Shown: positions 1 through 8,946 of the stretch, in pieces
How the letters are laid out: each line of letters opens with the position of its first letter
Position numbering within the stretch: the first letter of the stretch is position 1
From: Candidatus Tectimicrobiota bacterium
Lineage (GTDB): Bacteria > JACPSX01
Length of the DNA: 37,630 nucleotides
Assembly: GCA_016193065.1 (NCBI GenBank)
Contig: JACPSX010000032.1
Span: forward strand, 1-37,630
Direction of reading: 5' to 3'
Notes under the pieces: generated by a model
The model's input: only the letters and a program-made list of their open reading frames with translations
Database searches by the model: none
What the model was told of the DNA's origin: nothing
Made by a program: the position numbers and the translations under genes

Positions 1-30
1 CGATGGTTCTACCTCAGAGCCCCGCGGGGC

Positions 31-708
31 TCAGCGCGGAGTGTCAGTAAATAAAATGCTCCCGTCAGTGCCCACAATTCGGTAAATCCGGGTTGGAAGG
101 AAAGAAACCGGAGCCTGGTAGATGCGGAAGATCTTCTCCAGATAGCTGGTTGTTTCCCTGTAGGGGGGGACTCCGCCGTGACGGTCTACGCTGTTTTCGC
201 CCGCATTGTAGGCAGCTAGGGCCAGCTTCAGATTCCCCTGAAATCGCTCCATCAGATACTTCAGATACTGGGCCCCGGCCCGGATGTTTTGCTCCGCGTT
301 GAAAGGGTCCAGAACCCGGAAGCGGTTCACGGTCTCCGGCATGAGCTGCATGAGCCCCTGGGCTCCGCGCCGCGACACGGCCCGTGGATCATAATTGGAC
401 TCCACCCGAATGACGGCCCTGACCAACTCGGGGTCCAGGCCGTGCTGACCGGAGATCTTCGAGATGAGGCTCTCAATGGAGGAGTCGGTGAGGGCGGGTT
501 CGTTCTTGCCGGTGGCGGCTGTCCTTCCCGAGTTGCGGGGGGCCGGGCCGACAAGGGCGTGAAAGCGGCCGTCGCTGGGCGCATCCGTAAAGTGGAGGTT
601 GCCCTGCTCGTCAATCCATTTGAAGACCTCCGCCTGGGCCGGGGCGGGGACGAACCACGCACTCCAGGACGCGAAAAACAAGCTAAGAAAGACAAGAATA
701 TAACCCAT
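31..708 (-). CDS. Soluble lytic transglycosylase (SLT domain) with signal peptide and DUF4124-like N-terminal motif
   Basis: SLT motifs IRVESNY, GLMQLMP, AAYNAG, ETTSY; hydrophobic N-terminus ending AQA; VFKWIDEQGNLHFTDAP. Start placed at MGYIL (708) rather than 777. Confidence 0.9.
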   Translation of the reverse strand: MGYILVFLSLFFASWSAWFVPAPAQAEVFKWIDEQGNLHFTDAPSDGRFHALVGPAPRNSGRTAATGKNEPALTDSSIESLISKISGQHGLDPELVRAVIRVESNYDPRAVSRRGAQGLMQLMPETVNRFRVLDPFNAEQNIRAGAQYLKYLMERFQGNLKLALAAYNAGENSVDRHGGVPPYRETTSYLEKIFRIYQAPVSFLPTRIYRIVGTDGSILFTDTPR

Positions 709-810
709 CGGGGGGACCCTCTCTCGTCCTCTTATCGGCAGCCGGCGGGTGAAATCAATTGTGCCGAGAAAATACACCAGAAGCGGTGGGAAGTCAACGA
801 GATTAAAGGG

Positions 811-1668
811 TTAGTTCAGGTAATCCCGCAGGGTCTTGGTCTTGGCCTTGGAGCGCAGGCGCAATTTGGCCTTTTTCTCGATTTGCCGCACCCGTTCCCG
901 GGAGAGCCCGATCTCCTGGCCGATTTCCTCCAGGGTCTTGGCCTCGCCGTCAAAGCCGTAGCGCATGCGGAGGATTTGCTGCTCCCGTTCGGGGAGGTCG
1001 CTCAGGAGTTCCTCGATTTCTCTGGACAGGGATGCTTTCACCAGGTGTTCCTCGATGGAAGGGGTGTTTTGTCCTTCCATCATGTCCAGATAGCTCGTGT
1101 CGTCATCGTTCTTCATGGGGGTGTCCAGGGACAAGTGGGCCCGGTACACTCTCATGATCGATTCGAGATCTTCAGCGGGAACACTGAGCTCCTTGGCCAT
1201 CTCCTCGATGGTGGGTTCTTTGTTGTTGTCCTGGACGAGGCGCCGGTAGGTTTCCCCGATCTTGTAGAGAAGGCCGGCCTGCTTGATGGGCAGGCGGACC
1301 GTACCGGATTGATCGGCCAGAGCGTGCATGATGGCCTGGCGGATCCACCAGACTGCGTAGGTGATGAACTTCACACCCCGGTCGGGATCGAACCGCTTTG
1401 CCGCCTGGATGAGCCCCACGTTCCCCTCGTTGATGAGGTCCAGGAGAGAGAGCCCGCAGTCGCGATAGCGTTTGGCGACGCTCACCACGTAGCGCAAGTT
1501 GGCCCTGATCAGGTGGTCCAGGGCCGCCGGGTCCCCGGCCTGGGAGGACTTCCCCAGAGCCTGCTCTTCTTCCTTGGTCAGGAGTGGAACCTCGCTGATG
1601 TGCTTCAGATAGGCTGACAAGCCATCTTCCGTGACGCGCTTGTATTCGCCGTCTGAATGGGAAAACAT
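811..1668 (-). CDS. RNA polymerase sigma70-family factor (RpoD/RpoS-like, lacking region 1.1)
   Basis: Region 1.2 [15 protein letters not shown]; region 2 [10 protein letters not shown]...[14 protein letters not shown]; region 4.2 [20 protein letters not shown]. Start at ATG 1668 or GTG 1674. Confidence 0.93.
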   Translation of the reverse strand: MFSHSDGEYKRVTEDGLSAYLKHISEVPLLTKEEEQALGKSSQAGDPAALDHLIRANLRYVVSVAKRYRDCGLSLLDLINEGNVGLIQAAKRFDPDRGVKFITYAVWWIRQAIMHALADQSGTVRLPIKQAGLLYKIGETYRRLVQDNNKEPTIEEMAKELSVPAEDLESIMRVYRAHLSLDTPMKNDDDTSYLDMMEGQNTPSIEEHLVKASLSREIEELLSDLPEREQQILRMRYGFDGEAKTLEEIGQEIGLSRERVRQIEKKAKLRLRSKAKTKTLRDYLN

Positions 1669-1704
1669 AATCACCCCGGAGGTTGAGGGTTGCAGGGCTG
1701 GAGG

Positions 1705-2100
1705 TTATCCCTCTTTCTCGATCTTTACCTTTATCATCTTGCCGGGAGAGGACTTCACCAAGGAATTGTGCGCTTTTTCTTTGATCAGTCTGGGATCTTC
1801 TCCGACCTTTTCCTTGATAAACTCAGAGAGTGCATCCATCTCCCTCTGCATCTCATCAATCTTCTCCCGCATGCTGAGAATCACCTCGACTCCGGCCAGG
1901 TTGATTCCCAGCTCGCGCGTAAGACGCAAGATGAGCCGGATCTGCTCCACGTTCTTCTGGGAATAGAGACGGGTGTTTCCGTCGGTTCGGGACGGCTTGA
2001 CGAACCCCTCACGTTCGTAGAGTCGCAGGGTTTGCGGATGGATGCTGAGCATCTGGGCCACAATGCTGATCATGAAGAGGGGACGGTCATCAATGCCCAC
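1705..2100 (-). CDS. hspR: MerR-family heat-shock repressor HspR
   Basis: ISIVAQMLSIHPQTLRLYEREG and LTRELGINLAGV are typical HspR motifs; adjacent to hsp20; AGGAG upstream of GTG. Confidence 0.85.
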   Translation of the reverse strand: MGIDDRPLFMISIVAQMLSIHPQTLRLYEREGFVKPSRTDGNTRLYSQKNVEQIRLILRLTRELGINLAGVEVILSMREKIDEMQREMDALSEFIKEKVGEDPRLIKEKAHNSLVKSSPGKMIKVKIEKEG

Positions 2101-2146
2101 TGCTCTTATCTCCTGCCCCGTCGCGGTGATTGAGGGCGCAGCCGAT

Positions 2147-2599
2147 TCATTCCATGCTTACCCGAATGCTCTTGGGCTTGGTCTGGGGCGCCTTGGGGAG
2201 GATAACCTTTAAGATTCCATCTTTCAACGTGGCCCGGGTCTTGCCGGCATCGACGGTGGACGGCAGGGTAAAGCTCCGGCGGAAGCGGCCGTTGGGGCGC
2301 TCCCTGCGCAGGTAGTTTTCTTGCTTTTCCCCGGGCTGGACATCCGGATTCCGGTGCCCCTGCAGGGTCAGCACGTCGTCCAGGATCTGCAGGTCGATGT
2401 CTTCCTGCGGGATCCCCGGCAGCTCGGCGGTCAGAACGTATTCCTCCGGAGTTTCGTAAATGTCCAGGGCCGGAGACCAGGTGCCCTCCGGGCTCTGGGG
2501 TCTCCCCTGGGTATGGGAAAACGTTTCATTAAAAAGGGCGTTCATACGGTCCTTGAGGGCCAGCAAGTCATGCAGTGGATCCCATTGGCTGCTGCTCAT
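2147..2599 (-). CDS. Small heat-shock protein, Hsp20/alpha-crystallin family
   Basis: PALDIYET, AELPG, RRERPNGRFRRSFTLP, ATLKDGILKVILPK, C-terminal IxV motif; GGAGG before ATG 2599. Confidence 0.95.
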   Translation of the reverse strand: MSSSQWDPLHDLLALKDRMNALFNETFSHTQGRPQSPEGTWSPALDIYETPEEYVLTAELPGIPQEDIDLQILDDVLTLQGHRNPDVQPGEKQENYLRRERPNGRFRRSFTLPSTVDAGKTRATLKDGILKVILPKAPQTKPKSIRVSME

Positions 2600-2661
2600 G
2601 ATTTCCTCCCCCACAGTTCGCCGGGTCTAAGTCCTTAAATCAAATAATATGCACCAGGTGC

Positions 2662-2690
2662 ATTATATGATTTGAGTGTATCTTTGCCAA
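2662..2690 (-). promoter_or_regulatory. sigma70-type promoter of hsp20-hspR operon
   Basis: Minus strand TTGGCA-N17-TATAAT (2690-2685, 2667-2662). Confidence 0.8.
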
Positions 2691-2691
2691 G
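2671..2691. promoter_or_regulatory. HAIR-like HspR operator overlapping the -35 and spacer
   Basis: TTTGAGT-N7-TGCCAAG vs HAIR consensus CTTGAGT-N7-ACTCAAG (10/14), directly upstream of an operon containing hspR. Confidence 0.65.
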
Positions 2692-2716
2692 TGGTTTTTC
2701 CCTTTTCCCGGAAGTT

Positions 2717-3535
2717 CTAGGAGCGGGGCGAGATGGAGCTTGAAATTGCCTGCAATCGCTTGCGGGCCGTGATGATGTACCGGCTTTTCGGGAAGCTGGA
2801 GAGCAAAGCGCTGTAGTAGTGGGAGGCCTTGGCGAAATTTTCCTCTTGGAAATAAGATTCCCCGAGCATGTAAAGGACCTCTTCGCGGGCTTCCATCTCG
2901 GGATATGATTTTTCAAGTGCGGTGAGTCTGGAAATTGCCGAGTCATAATCCCTCTGCATGAAGTAGAAGCGGCCCACGTAGAATTCGTGCGCGGCAAGAC
3001 GCTCCCGGGCCTGCTCCAGGCCGTCCTTCGCAGTCGGGACGAACGGAGAATCGGGGTATCGGTTGATGACTTGTTCGAATGCCTTGATCGCCTCACGGGT
3101 GTAACTCTGGTCCCGGTCCAGGCTCTTCATCAGGACCATGTTGCTCATACCGACCTGGAATTGGGCCTCGGCGGCGGCCGGGTGCAGCGGGTAGAGTTCC
3201 ACGAATTTCTTGTACTGGTAGCTTGCCTCGATGTATTGTTTGTTGGCATAATAGGAATCCGCCAGTTGCAGCAGTGCATCGATGCGGAGGCGGTTGTCAG
3301 TGTACTCTTCCAGCACTCTCGCAAATGCCTTCTGGGCCTCTTCGTAATCCTTGGACTCGAGGTTCTTCTCTCCCAGGATGTACCACTCGCTGGCCGATCG
3401 GGGTTCCAGCTTGGTGGGTCCGCCGAACATTCCGCAGCCTCCGAGGGGGAGAGCCAAGGTGAGAAGGAGAAAGAAGACGGAAAGAATCGAGTGTCGCTGC
3501 TCGGGGTGATCGTGGAAGCGGGAACATTCCTTCAT
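2717..3535 (-). CDS. bamD: Outer membrane protein assembly factor BamD (TPR lipoprotein)
   Basis: Lipobox LGGC; TPR repeats; DRDQSYTREA, RYPDSPF, LAAHEFYVGRFY. Confidence 0.9.
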   Translation of the reverse strand: MKECSRFHDHPEQRHSILSVFFLLLTLALPLGGCGMFGGPTKLEPRSASEWYILGEKNLESKDYEEAQKAFARVLEEYTDNRLRIDALLQLADSYYANKQYIEASYQYKKFVELYPLHPAAAEAQFQVGMSNMVLMKSLDRDQSYTREAIKAFEQVINRYPDSPFVPTAKDGLEQARERLAAHEFYVGRFYFMQRDYDSAISRLTALEKSYPEMEAREEVLYMLGESYFQEENFAKASHYYSALLSSFPKSRYIITARKRLQAISSSISPRS

Positions 3536-3574
3536 GGGATCAAGTCTCCGGCAATCAGGCCTGCAATTGCGGCC

Positions 3575-3603
3575 ATTCTATAGCGCGGCGGCCTGCGAGT
3601 CAA
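3575..3603 (-). promoter_or_regulatory. sigma70-type promoter of bamD
   Basis: Minus strand TTGACT-N17-TAGAAT. Confidence 0.7.
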
Positions 3604-3616
3604 GGAAAGGCGGCTA

Positions 3617-3682
3617 CTTGCCCACCCCCATCAGTTTATTGCCGATGAATTGCTATGGATTTGCAAGATGGGGGTGGGTAGG
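3617..3682. repeat. Inverted repeat with AT-richer spacer between bamD and queG
   Basis: CTTGCCCACCCCCATC (3617-3632) pairs with GATGGGGGTGGGTAGG (3667-3682); the left arm recurs at 26721-26736 (15/16). Confidence 0.6.
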
Positions 3683-3711
3683 AAGGCAGCTAGAGGGCTT
3701 AGGAGTTTTAA

Positions 3712-4755
<1,044 letters not shown>

Positions 4756-4773
4756 TCTCCGTTCCGGAATCTC

Positions 4774-5697
4774 TTAAGATTTCACGTACTGCTTGCGCAG
4801 CAGCTCGGCCACGTCAATCGTGCGGGAAAACCAGACCTCCGGGTAACCCTTGATGTGCTTCAGCATCCCTTCCACGGCCTTGGAGCGGTTGGCGCGGCCC
4901 GAGATATACGGGTGCATCGTCACGATGAACATCTTGGGCTCCCGCTTGGCCTCCTCGTAGAGGACGTCAAACTCGTCCTGCCATACCCACAAAGCGTTGC
5001 GCGGGTTCCCGTATGGGCCCGGCGCCACCGTGGCCCCACCTCCCTGGCGCCGCACCGAACCGGGCATGTAGAGCTGGGCGTCGTCGGTGGCCACGGTGTA
5101 GGGGATCTCGACCATGGTCTTGCCGTTGACCTTGAGCAGGTAGGGGAGGTCATCGTTGAGGTAATCACTGCGCCAGATGAAGCCGTTTTCCAGAAGAAGA
5201 TTCAGGGTATTCTCGCTGGCCCGGATCTGCGGCGAGCGCCAGCCCACGAGCGGAGCACCGGAAATGTCCTCCAGAACCTGTTTTGTCTTGCGGATTACTT
5301 CGTTTTCTTGCTCCCGGTTCATCTCCCACAGGGATTCATGGAGATAGGCATGTCCTCCGATGTCGTGCCCCGCCTCGTGGATGGCCCGGGTGGCTTGGGG
5401 GTAGAATTCGGCGGTGCGCCCCGAGATCATGAAGCTCGCCTTGACCCCGTTGCGCTCCAGGATTTCCAGGATCCGCCAGACTCCCCGCCGGCCGCCGTAC
5501 TGGCGCTCCGTCAGCTCCATGTAATCGGGTTTCCCCGTCGGCAGCACAGGAGTCCCGAGCTCCGCTTGAAAGTCGAAGGTAATGAGAACGGCGATTCTGG
5601 CGCCGTCGGGCCAGTGAAAGTCCTCGGGAAGCTGGATCTCCGAGACATTGGGAAGCAAGTGAGACCCGGATTTGTTGTCACCTCGATGAAATTTCAT
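4774..5697 (-). CDS. Polysaccharide deacetylase family (CE4/NodB; PuuE/PgdA-like) protein
   Basis: WPDGARIAVLITFD, YGGRRGVWRIL, HDIGGHAYLH, GWRSP, MHPYISGR. Confidence 0.85.
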   Translation of the reverse strand: MKFHRGDNKSGSHLLPNVSEIQLPEDFHWPDGARIAVLITFDFQAELGTPVLPTGKPDYMELTERQYGGRRGVWRILEILERNGVKASFMISGRTAEFYPQATRAIHEAGHDIGGHAYLHESLWEMNREQENEVIRKTKQVLEDISGAPLVGWRSPQIRASENTLNLLLENGFIWRSDYLNDDLPYLLKVNGKTMVEIPYTVATDDAQLYMPGSVRRQGGGATVAPGPYGNPRNALWVWQDEFDVLYEEAKREPKMFIVTMHPYISGRANRSKAVEGMLKHIKGYPEVWFSRTIDVAELLRKQYVKS

Positions 5698-5741
5698 GCC
5701 GCTTCTCCTCTTTAAGCATGCCGGGTGTGAAATCGGGCACT

Positions 5742-5770
5742 ACTTTATTGAAAACGGAGTGGAGACGCAA
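5742..5770 (-). promoter_or_regulatory. Putative sigma70 promoter of the deacetylase gene
   Basis: Minus strand TTGCGT-N17-TAAAGT. Confidence 0.55.
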
Positions 5771-5785
5771 GGTAAAGAAACGCCC

Positions 5786-5908
5786 GAGTCCTCGGGAGTG
5801 CCCCCTTGGCTCACGAAGGGCTTGCGACGCAAGTTGTTTTGGCCGGATTGAGAGTCTTCTTCCTCGCAACCCCTTAGATCGCCTACGGGGGCAACTCCCT
5901 CGGAACTC
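5786..5908. repeat. Palindromic repeat family A, copy 1 (rod-like hairpin)
   Basis: About 80% identical by eye to 32500-32620; stems GGGAGTGCCCCC/GGGGGCAACTCCC and AAGGGCTTGCGA/TCGCAACCCCTT. Confidence 0.8.
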
Positions 5909-5950
5909 AAGGATGATAGTTGGCCGCTTGAGTGGGGCATGGTAAGAGGG

Positions 5951-6147
5951 GAGGCCGGGTGTGCCCCGTAGGGCGACTTGGCCCCAGTCCGAAATTCTCG
6001 GCCGGCGTTGTCCCGCACGGGCCTGCGGGTGGCGCCGGGGAAGCCTCCGCAGAGCCGCGCGAAAGTGGGACCCTCGTCAGGGTGACGGAGCGCGGATCGA
6101 GGAGGCGACCTGGTGACAGGACCCGCGGGCCGATTGGGGCGGGGCCA
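5951..6147. repeat. Palindromic repeat family C, copy 1 (long imperfect hairpin)
   Basis: 5951-6108 matches 37473-37630 at 149/158 without gaps; closing stem TGGCCCC (5979-5985)/GGGGCCA (6141-6147). Confidence 0.9.
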
Positions 6148-6156
6148 GAATTCTCC

Positions 6157-6185
6157 TTGACTCACCTGCGAAAATCCCCTAAAAT
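6157..6185 (+). promoter_or_regulatory. sigma70 promoter of ffh operon
   Basis: TTGACT-N17-TAAAAT. Confidence 0.75.
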
Positions 6186-6274
6186 TCCGATTTTAAACGG
6201 GTTTTCAATACCTGTTCCGGACGGATGAACGCCAAGGCGGGAACTTTTTCGGGCCTGGAGTGGAGCGCAAGGGT

Positions 6275-7606
6275 ATGTTTGAGGCACTGACCGGCCGGCT
6301 GGAGGGGATCTTTCAAAAACTTCGCGGACGGGGCCTGCTGACCGAGGAGAACATCCGGGAAGGTCTGCGGGAGGTCCGCTTGGCCCTCTTGGAGGCGGAT
6401 GTCCATTTCACGGTGGTCAAGCAGTTCGTCGAGCGGGTTCGAGAACGAGCTGTTGGTCAAGAGGTCCTGAAGAGTCTCACCCCCGGGCAGCAGGTGGTAA
6501 AGATTGTCCATGAGGAGCTGATCGGACTTCTGGGGGTGAACCATGTGCCGCTGGCTTTTGCTCAGCAGCCCCCGACCCTGATCTTCCTCGTGGGCCTGCA
6601 GGGTTCCGGAAAGACGACCACGGCCGGGAAGCTGGCGCTGTGGTGCCGGGAAAAGGGGCGTTCCCCCTTGCTGGTGGCTGCCGACGTACAGCGCCCCGCC
6701 GCTGCGGCCCAGTTGGCCACGCTGGGAGAGCAGTTGAAGGTTCCCGTTCTGACTCCGAAGCCCGGGGCCAAGCCCGTTGAAATTGCCAGGGAGGGGCTTT
6801 CCCGGGCGCGCAAGCAGGCTCACGATGTGGTCCTTGTGGACACGGCGGGCCGCTTGCACATCGATCCGGATCTCATGGCGGAGCTCAAGGAGATGGCGGC
6901 AGCCCTGCGGCCTCACGAGGTCTTGCTGGTGGCCGATGCGATGACGGGGCAGGACGCGGTCAACAGCGCCACCGCATTTCACGGGGGGGTGGGACTCACG
7001 GGGATCATTCTCACCAAGATGGACGGAGATGCCCGGGGCGGCGCCGCTCTCTCCATTCGGGCGGTCACCGGGCAAGCCATAAAGTTCATCGGGGTGGGGG
7101 AGAAGCTGGACCGCCTGGAAGCCTTTCATCCGGAGCGGATTGCCTCGCGAATTTTGGGGATGGGGGATGTCCTCTCTCTGGTCGAGAAGGCCCAGCAGGC
7201 TGTGGAGTTGGAAAATGCAGAGAGGCTGGCCCGCCGGATCCGGGAAGACAAGTTTACGCTGGATGATTTTCGTCTCCAGCTTCAGCAGGTCAAGCGGATG
7301 GGATCCCTGGAGCAAATCATGGAGATGATTCCCGGGTTCAAGAAGCTCAAAGGGGTGCAACCCGATGAGCGGGAACTGGTGAAGGTGCAGGCGATCATCG
7401 ACTCCATGACCGCCGAAGAACGGCGAGATATTGCCGTGATCAATAGCAGCCGCAAGCGGCGCATTGCCATGGGCAGCGGCACCCAGGCTCACGATGTGAA
7501 CCGGCTGCTCAAGCAGTTTACCGAGACCAAGAGGCTCATGCGCCAGATCTCCCGCGCCGGCCCTCAGGGACTGGGGAAAATGTTCCCCGGGCTGCGCGGT
7601 TCCTAG
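6275..7606 (+). CDS. ffh: Signal recognition particle protein Ffh
   Basis: MFEALTGRL start, GLQGSGKTTT, DTAGR, TKMDGDARGG, M domain SRKRRIAMGSG. Confidence 0.98.
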   Translation: MFEALTGRLEGIFQKLRGRGLLTEENIREGLREVRLALLEADVHFTVVKQFVERVRERAVGQEVLKSLTPGQQVVKIVHEELIGLLGVNHVPLAFAQQPPTLIFLVGLQGSGKTTTAGKLALWCREKGRSPLLVAADVQRPAAAAQLATLGEQLKVPVLTPKPGAKPVEIAREGLSRARKQAHDVVLVDTAGRLHIDPDLMAELKEMAAALRPHEVLLVADAMTGQDAVNSATAFHGGVGLTGIILTKMDGDARGGAALSIRAVTGQAIKFIGVGEKLDRLEAFHPERIASRILGMGDVLSLVEKAQQAVELENAERLARRIREDKFTLDDFRLQLQQVKRMGSLEQIMEMIPGFKKLKGVQPDERELVKVQAIIDSMTAEERRDIAVINSSRKRRIAMGSGTQAHDVNRLLKQFTETKRLMRQISRAGPQGLGKMFPGLRGS

Positions 7607-7790
7607 TGCCGTTCCAACTATTCTCGGCTACGTTCCCGGCTCACATGGTCCATACTTTTTCTACCGGGCAGGCCGTTCAAATTTGGGCGCATTAAGTTGG
7701 AACGGTACTAGAAGACAAAGAGGCGTTGAAGGTGTAGGGTCTGTGTAGACCCGGAGCCGAGACCCAAGGTTTTTGGAAGGAGGTGGAGAC

Positions 7791-8042
7791 GTGCCAGTAA
7801 CGATCCGTTTGCAGCGAATGGGCGCCAACAAGAAGCCGTATTATCGGGTGGTCGTCGCGGACAGCCGGTTTCCCCGGGATGGTCGCAGTATTGAGACCAT
7901 CGGTACCTACGATCCGAAGCGGGCCAACAACCCGGTGACCATCCAGACCGAGCGGGCAGTCGAGTGGATCCGGCAAGGGGCTCAGGTAACCGAGACCGTC
8001 CGCAGCCTGCTAAAGCAGGCAAAAGTTCCGGGGATATCATAA
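7791..8042 (+). CDS. rpsP: 30S ribosomal protein S16
   Basis: [34 protein letters not shown] before GTG 7791. Confidence 0.97.
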   Translation: MPVTIRLQRMGANKKPYYRVVVADSRFPRDGRSIETIGTYDPKRANNPVTIQTERAVEWIRQGAQVTETVRSLLKQAKVPGIS

Positions 8043-8154
8043 GGTCGAGACCCGTCCCAGTTCGAGCGGACCTGGAGGGGGAGATGTTCCCGTTCCTGGC
8101 GTCAAAAGGAGGCAGTTTGGAGAGGTTCCATTGCTTTCCGCGGAGGGACGAGCG

Positions 8155-8385
8155 ATGAAGGAATTGATCCTGTACATTGCCAGGGCGCTGGTGGACAACC
8201 CCGAGGAAGTAAGCGTGATGGAAGTGGAAGGCGAGAAGACGACCGTCATCGAACTGCGAGTTGCCCAGGAGGATTTGGGAAAGGTCATAGGCCGCCAAGG
8301 GAGAACGGCGCGGGCCATGCGGACCATCCTCAATGCCGCTGCCACCAAGTTGAGGAAGAGAGCGGTGTTGGAGATTCTGGAATAG
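8155..8385 (+). CDS. khpA: KH-domain RNA-binding protein KhpA (YlqC)
   Basis: [18 protein letters not shown]; conserved position between rpsP and rimM. Confidence 0.93.
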   Translation: MKELILYIARALVDNPEEVSVMEVEGEKTTVIELRVAQEDLGKVIGRQGRTARAMRTILNAAATKLRKRAVLEILE

Positions 8386-8394
8386 GAGGCAAGA

Positions 8395-8946
8395 GTGCCC
8401 GAACTGGCGGGGAATCTCCGGAGGCCAGCCCTCTCCGGCGGCAGGGTGGCCGTCGGGAAGGTCACACGGCCCCATGGCCTGCGGGGAGACGTTCATGTGC
8501 TCCCCTATGCAGAGAACTTAATGGACTTGCTGCCGATGGAAGAGTTTTTTTTGGAACCGGAGGGCGGCCGGTGCCTGACCATACAGGAGGCCCGCGGGCG
8601 GGCCTCGCACTTGGTCGTCCATTTTCGGGACATTGACAGCCTGGAGCAAACCCGCCCTCTCCTCCAGCAGGAGCTGTGGGCGGAGAGACAGTCCTTCGCA
8701 GCGCTGCCGCCGGGGGATTACTACTGGTTCGAGATTGAGGGACTTGCGGTGCACACGGTGGAGGGCGAATTTCTGGGCACTGTACAGCAAATTCTGGCCA
8801 CCGGAAGTAACGACGTTTACGTTGTGCAGGGAGAGCGCGGAGAAATTCTGGTGCCGGCGATCCGGGGATTCATTCACGCGATTGACCTGGAAGCCGGGAT
8901 CCTGACCATCCGAAATCTCCCGGGGTTACTGGATTATGTGGATTGA
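8395..8946 (+). CDS. rimM: Ribosome maturation factor RimM
   Basis: VGKVTRPHGLRG, YYWFEIEGL, TGSNDVYVV; operon context. Confidence 0.95.
   Translation: MPELAGNLRRPALSGGRVAVGKVTRPHGLRGDVHVLPYAENLMDLLPMEEFFLEPEGGRCLTIQEARGRASHLVVHFRDIDSLEQTRPLLQQELWAERQSFAALPPGDYYWFEIEGLAVHTVEGEFLGTVQQILATGSNDVYVVQGERGEILVPAIRGFIHAIDLEAGILTIRNLPGLLDYVD

Noticed and set aside
17..32. Perfect 16-bp palindrome GAGCCCCGCGGGGCTC at the transglycosylase stop
   Set aside because: No U-tract and it lies at the window edge, so it cannot be assigned as a terminator or repeat.
5951..6147. SRP RNA (ffs) upstream of ffh
   Set aside because: No domain IV motif (CAGG..GGAA..AGCAG) on either strand, and the sequence is a dispersed repeat.
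5718..6228. Small ORFs over repeat families A and C, and those at 26671-27020 and 37074-37329
   Set aside because: Pro/Arg/Gly-rich translations of GC-rich palindromes, with no RBS or motifs.
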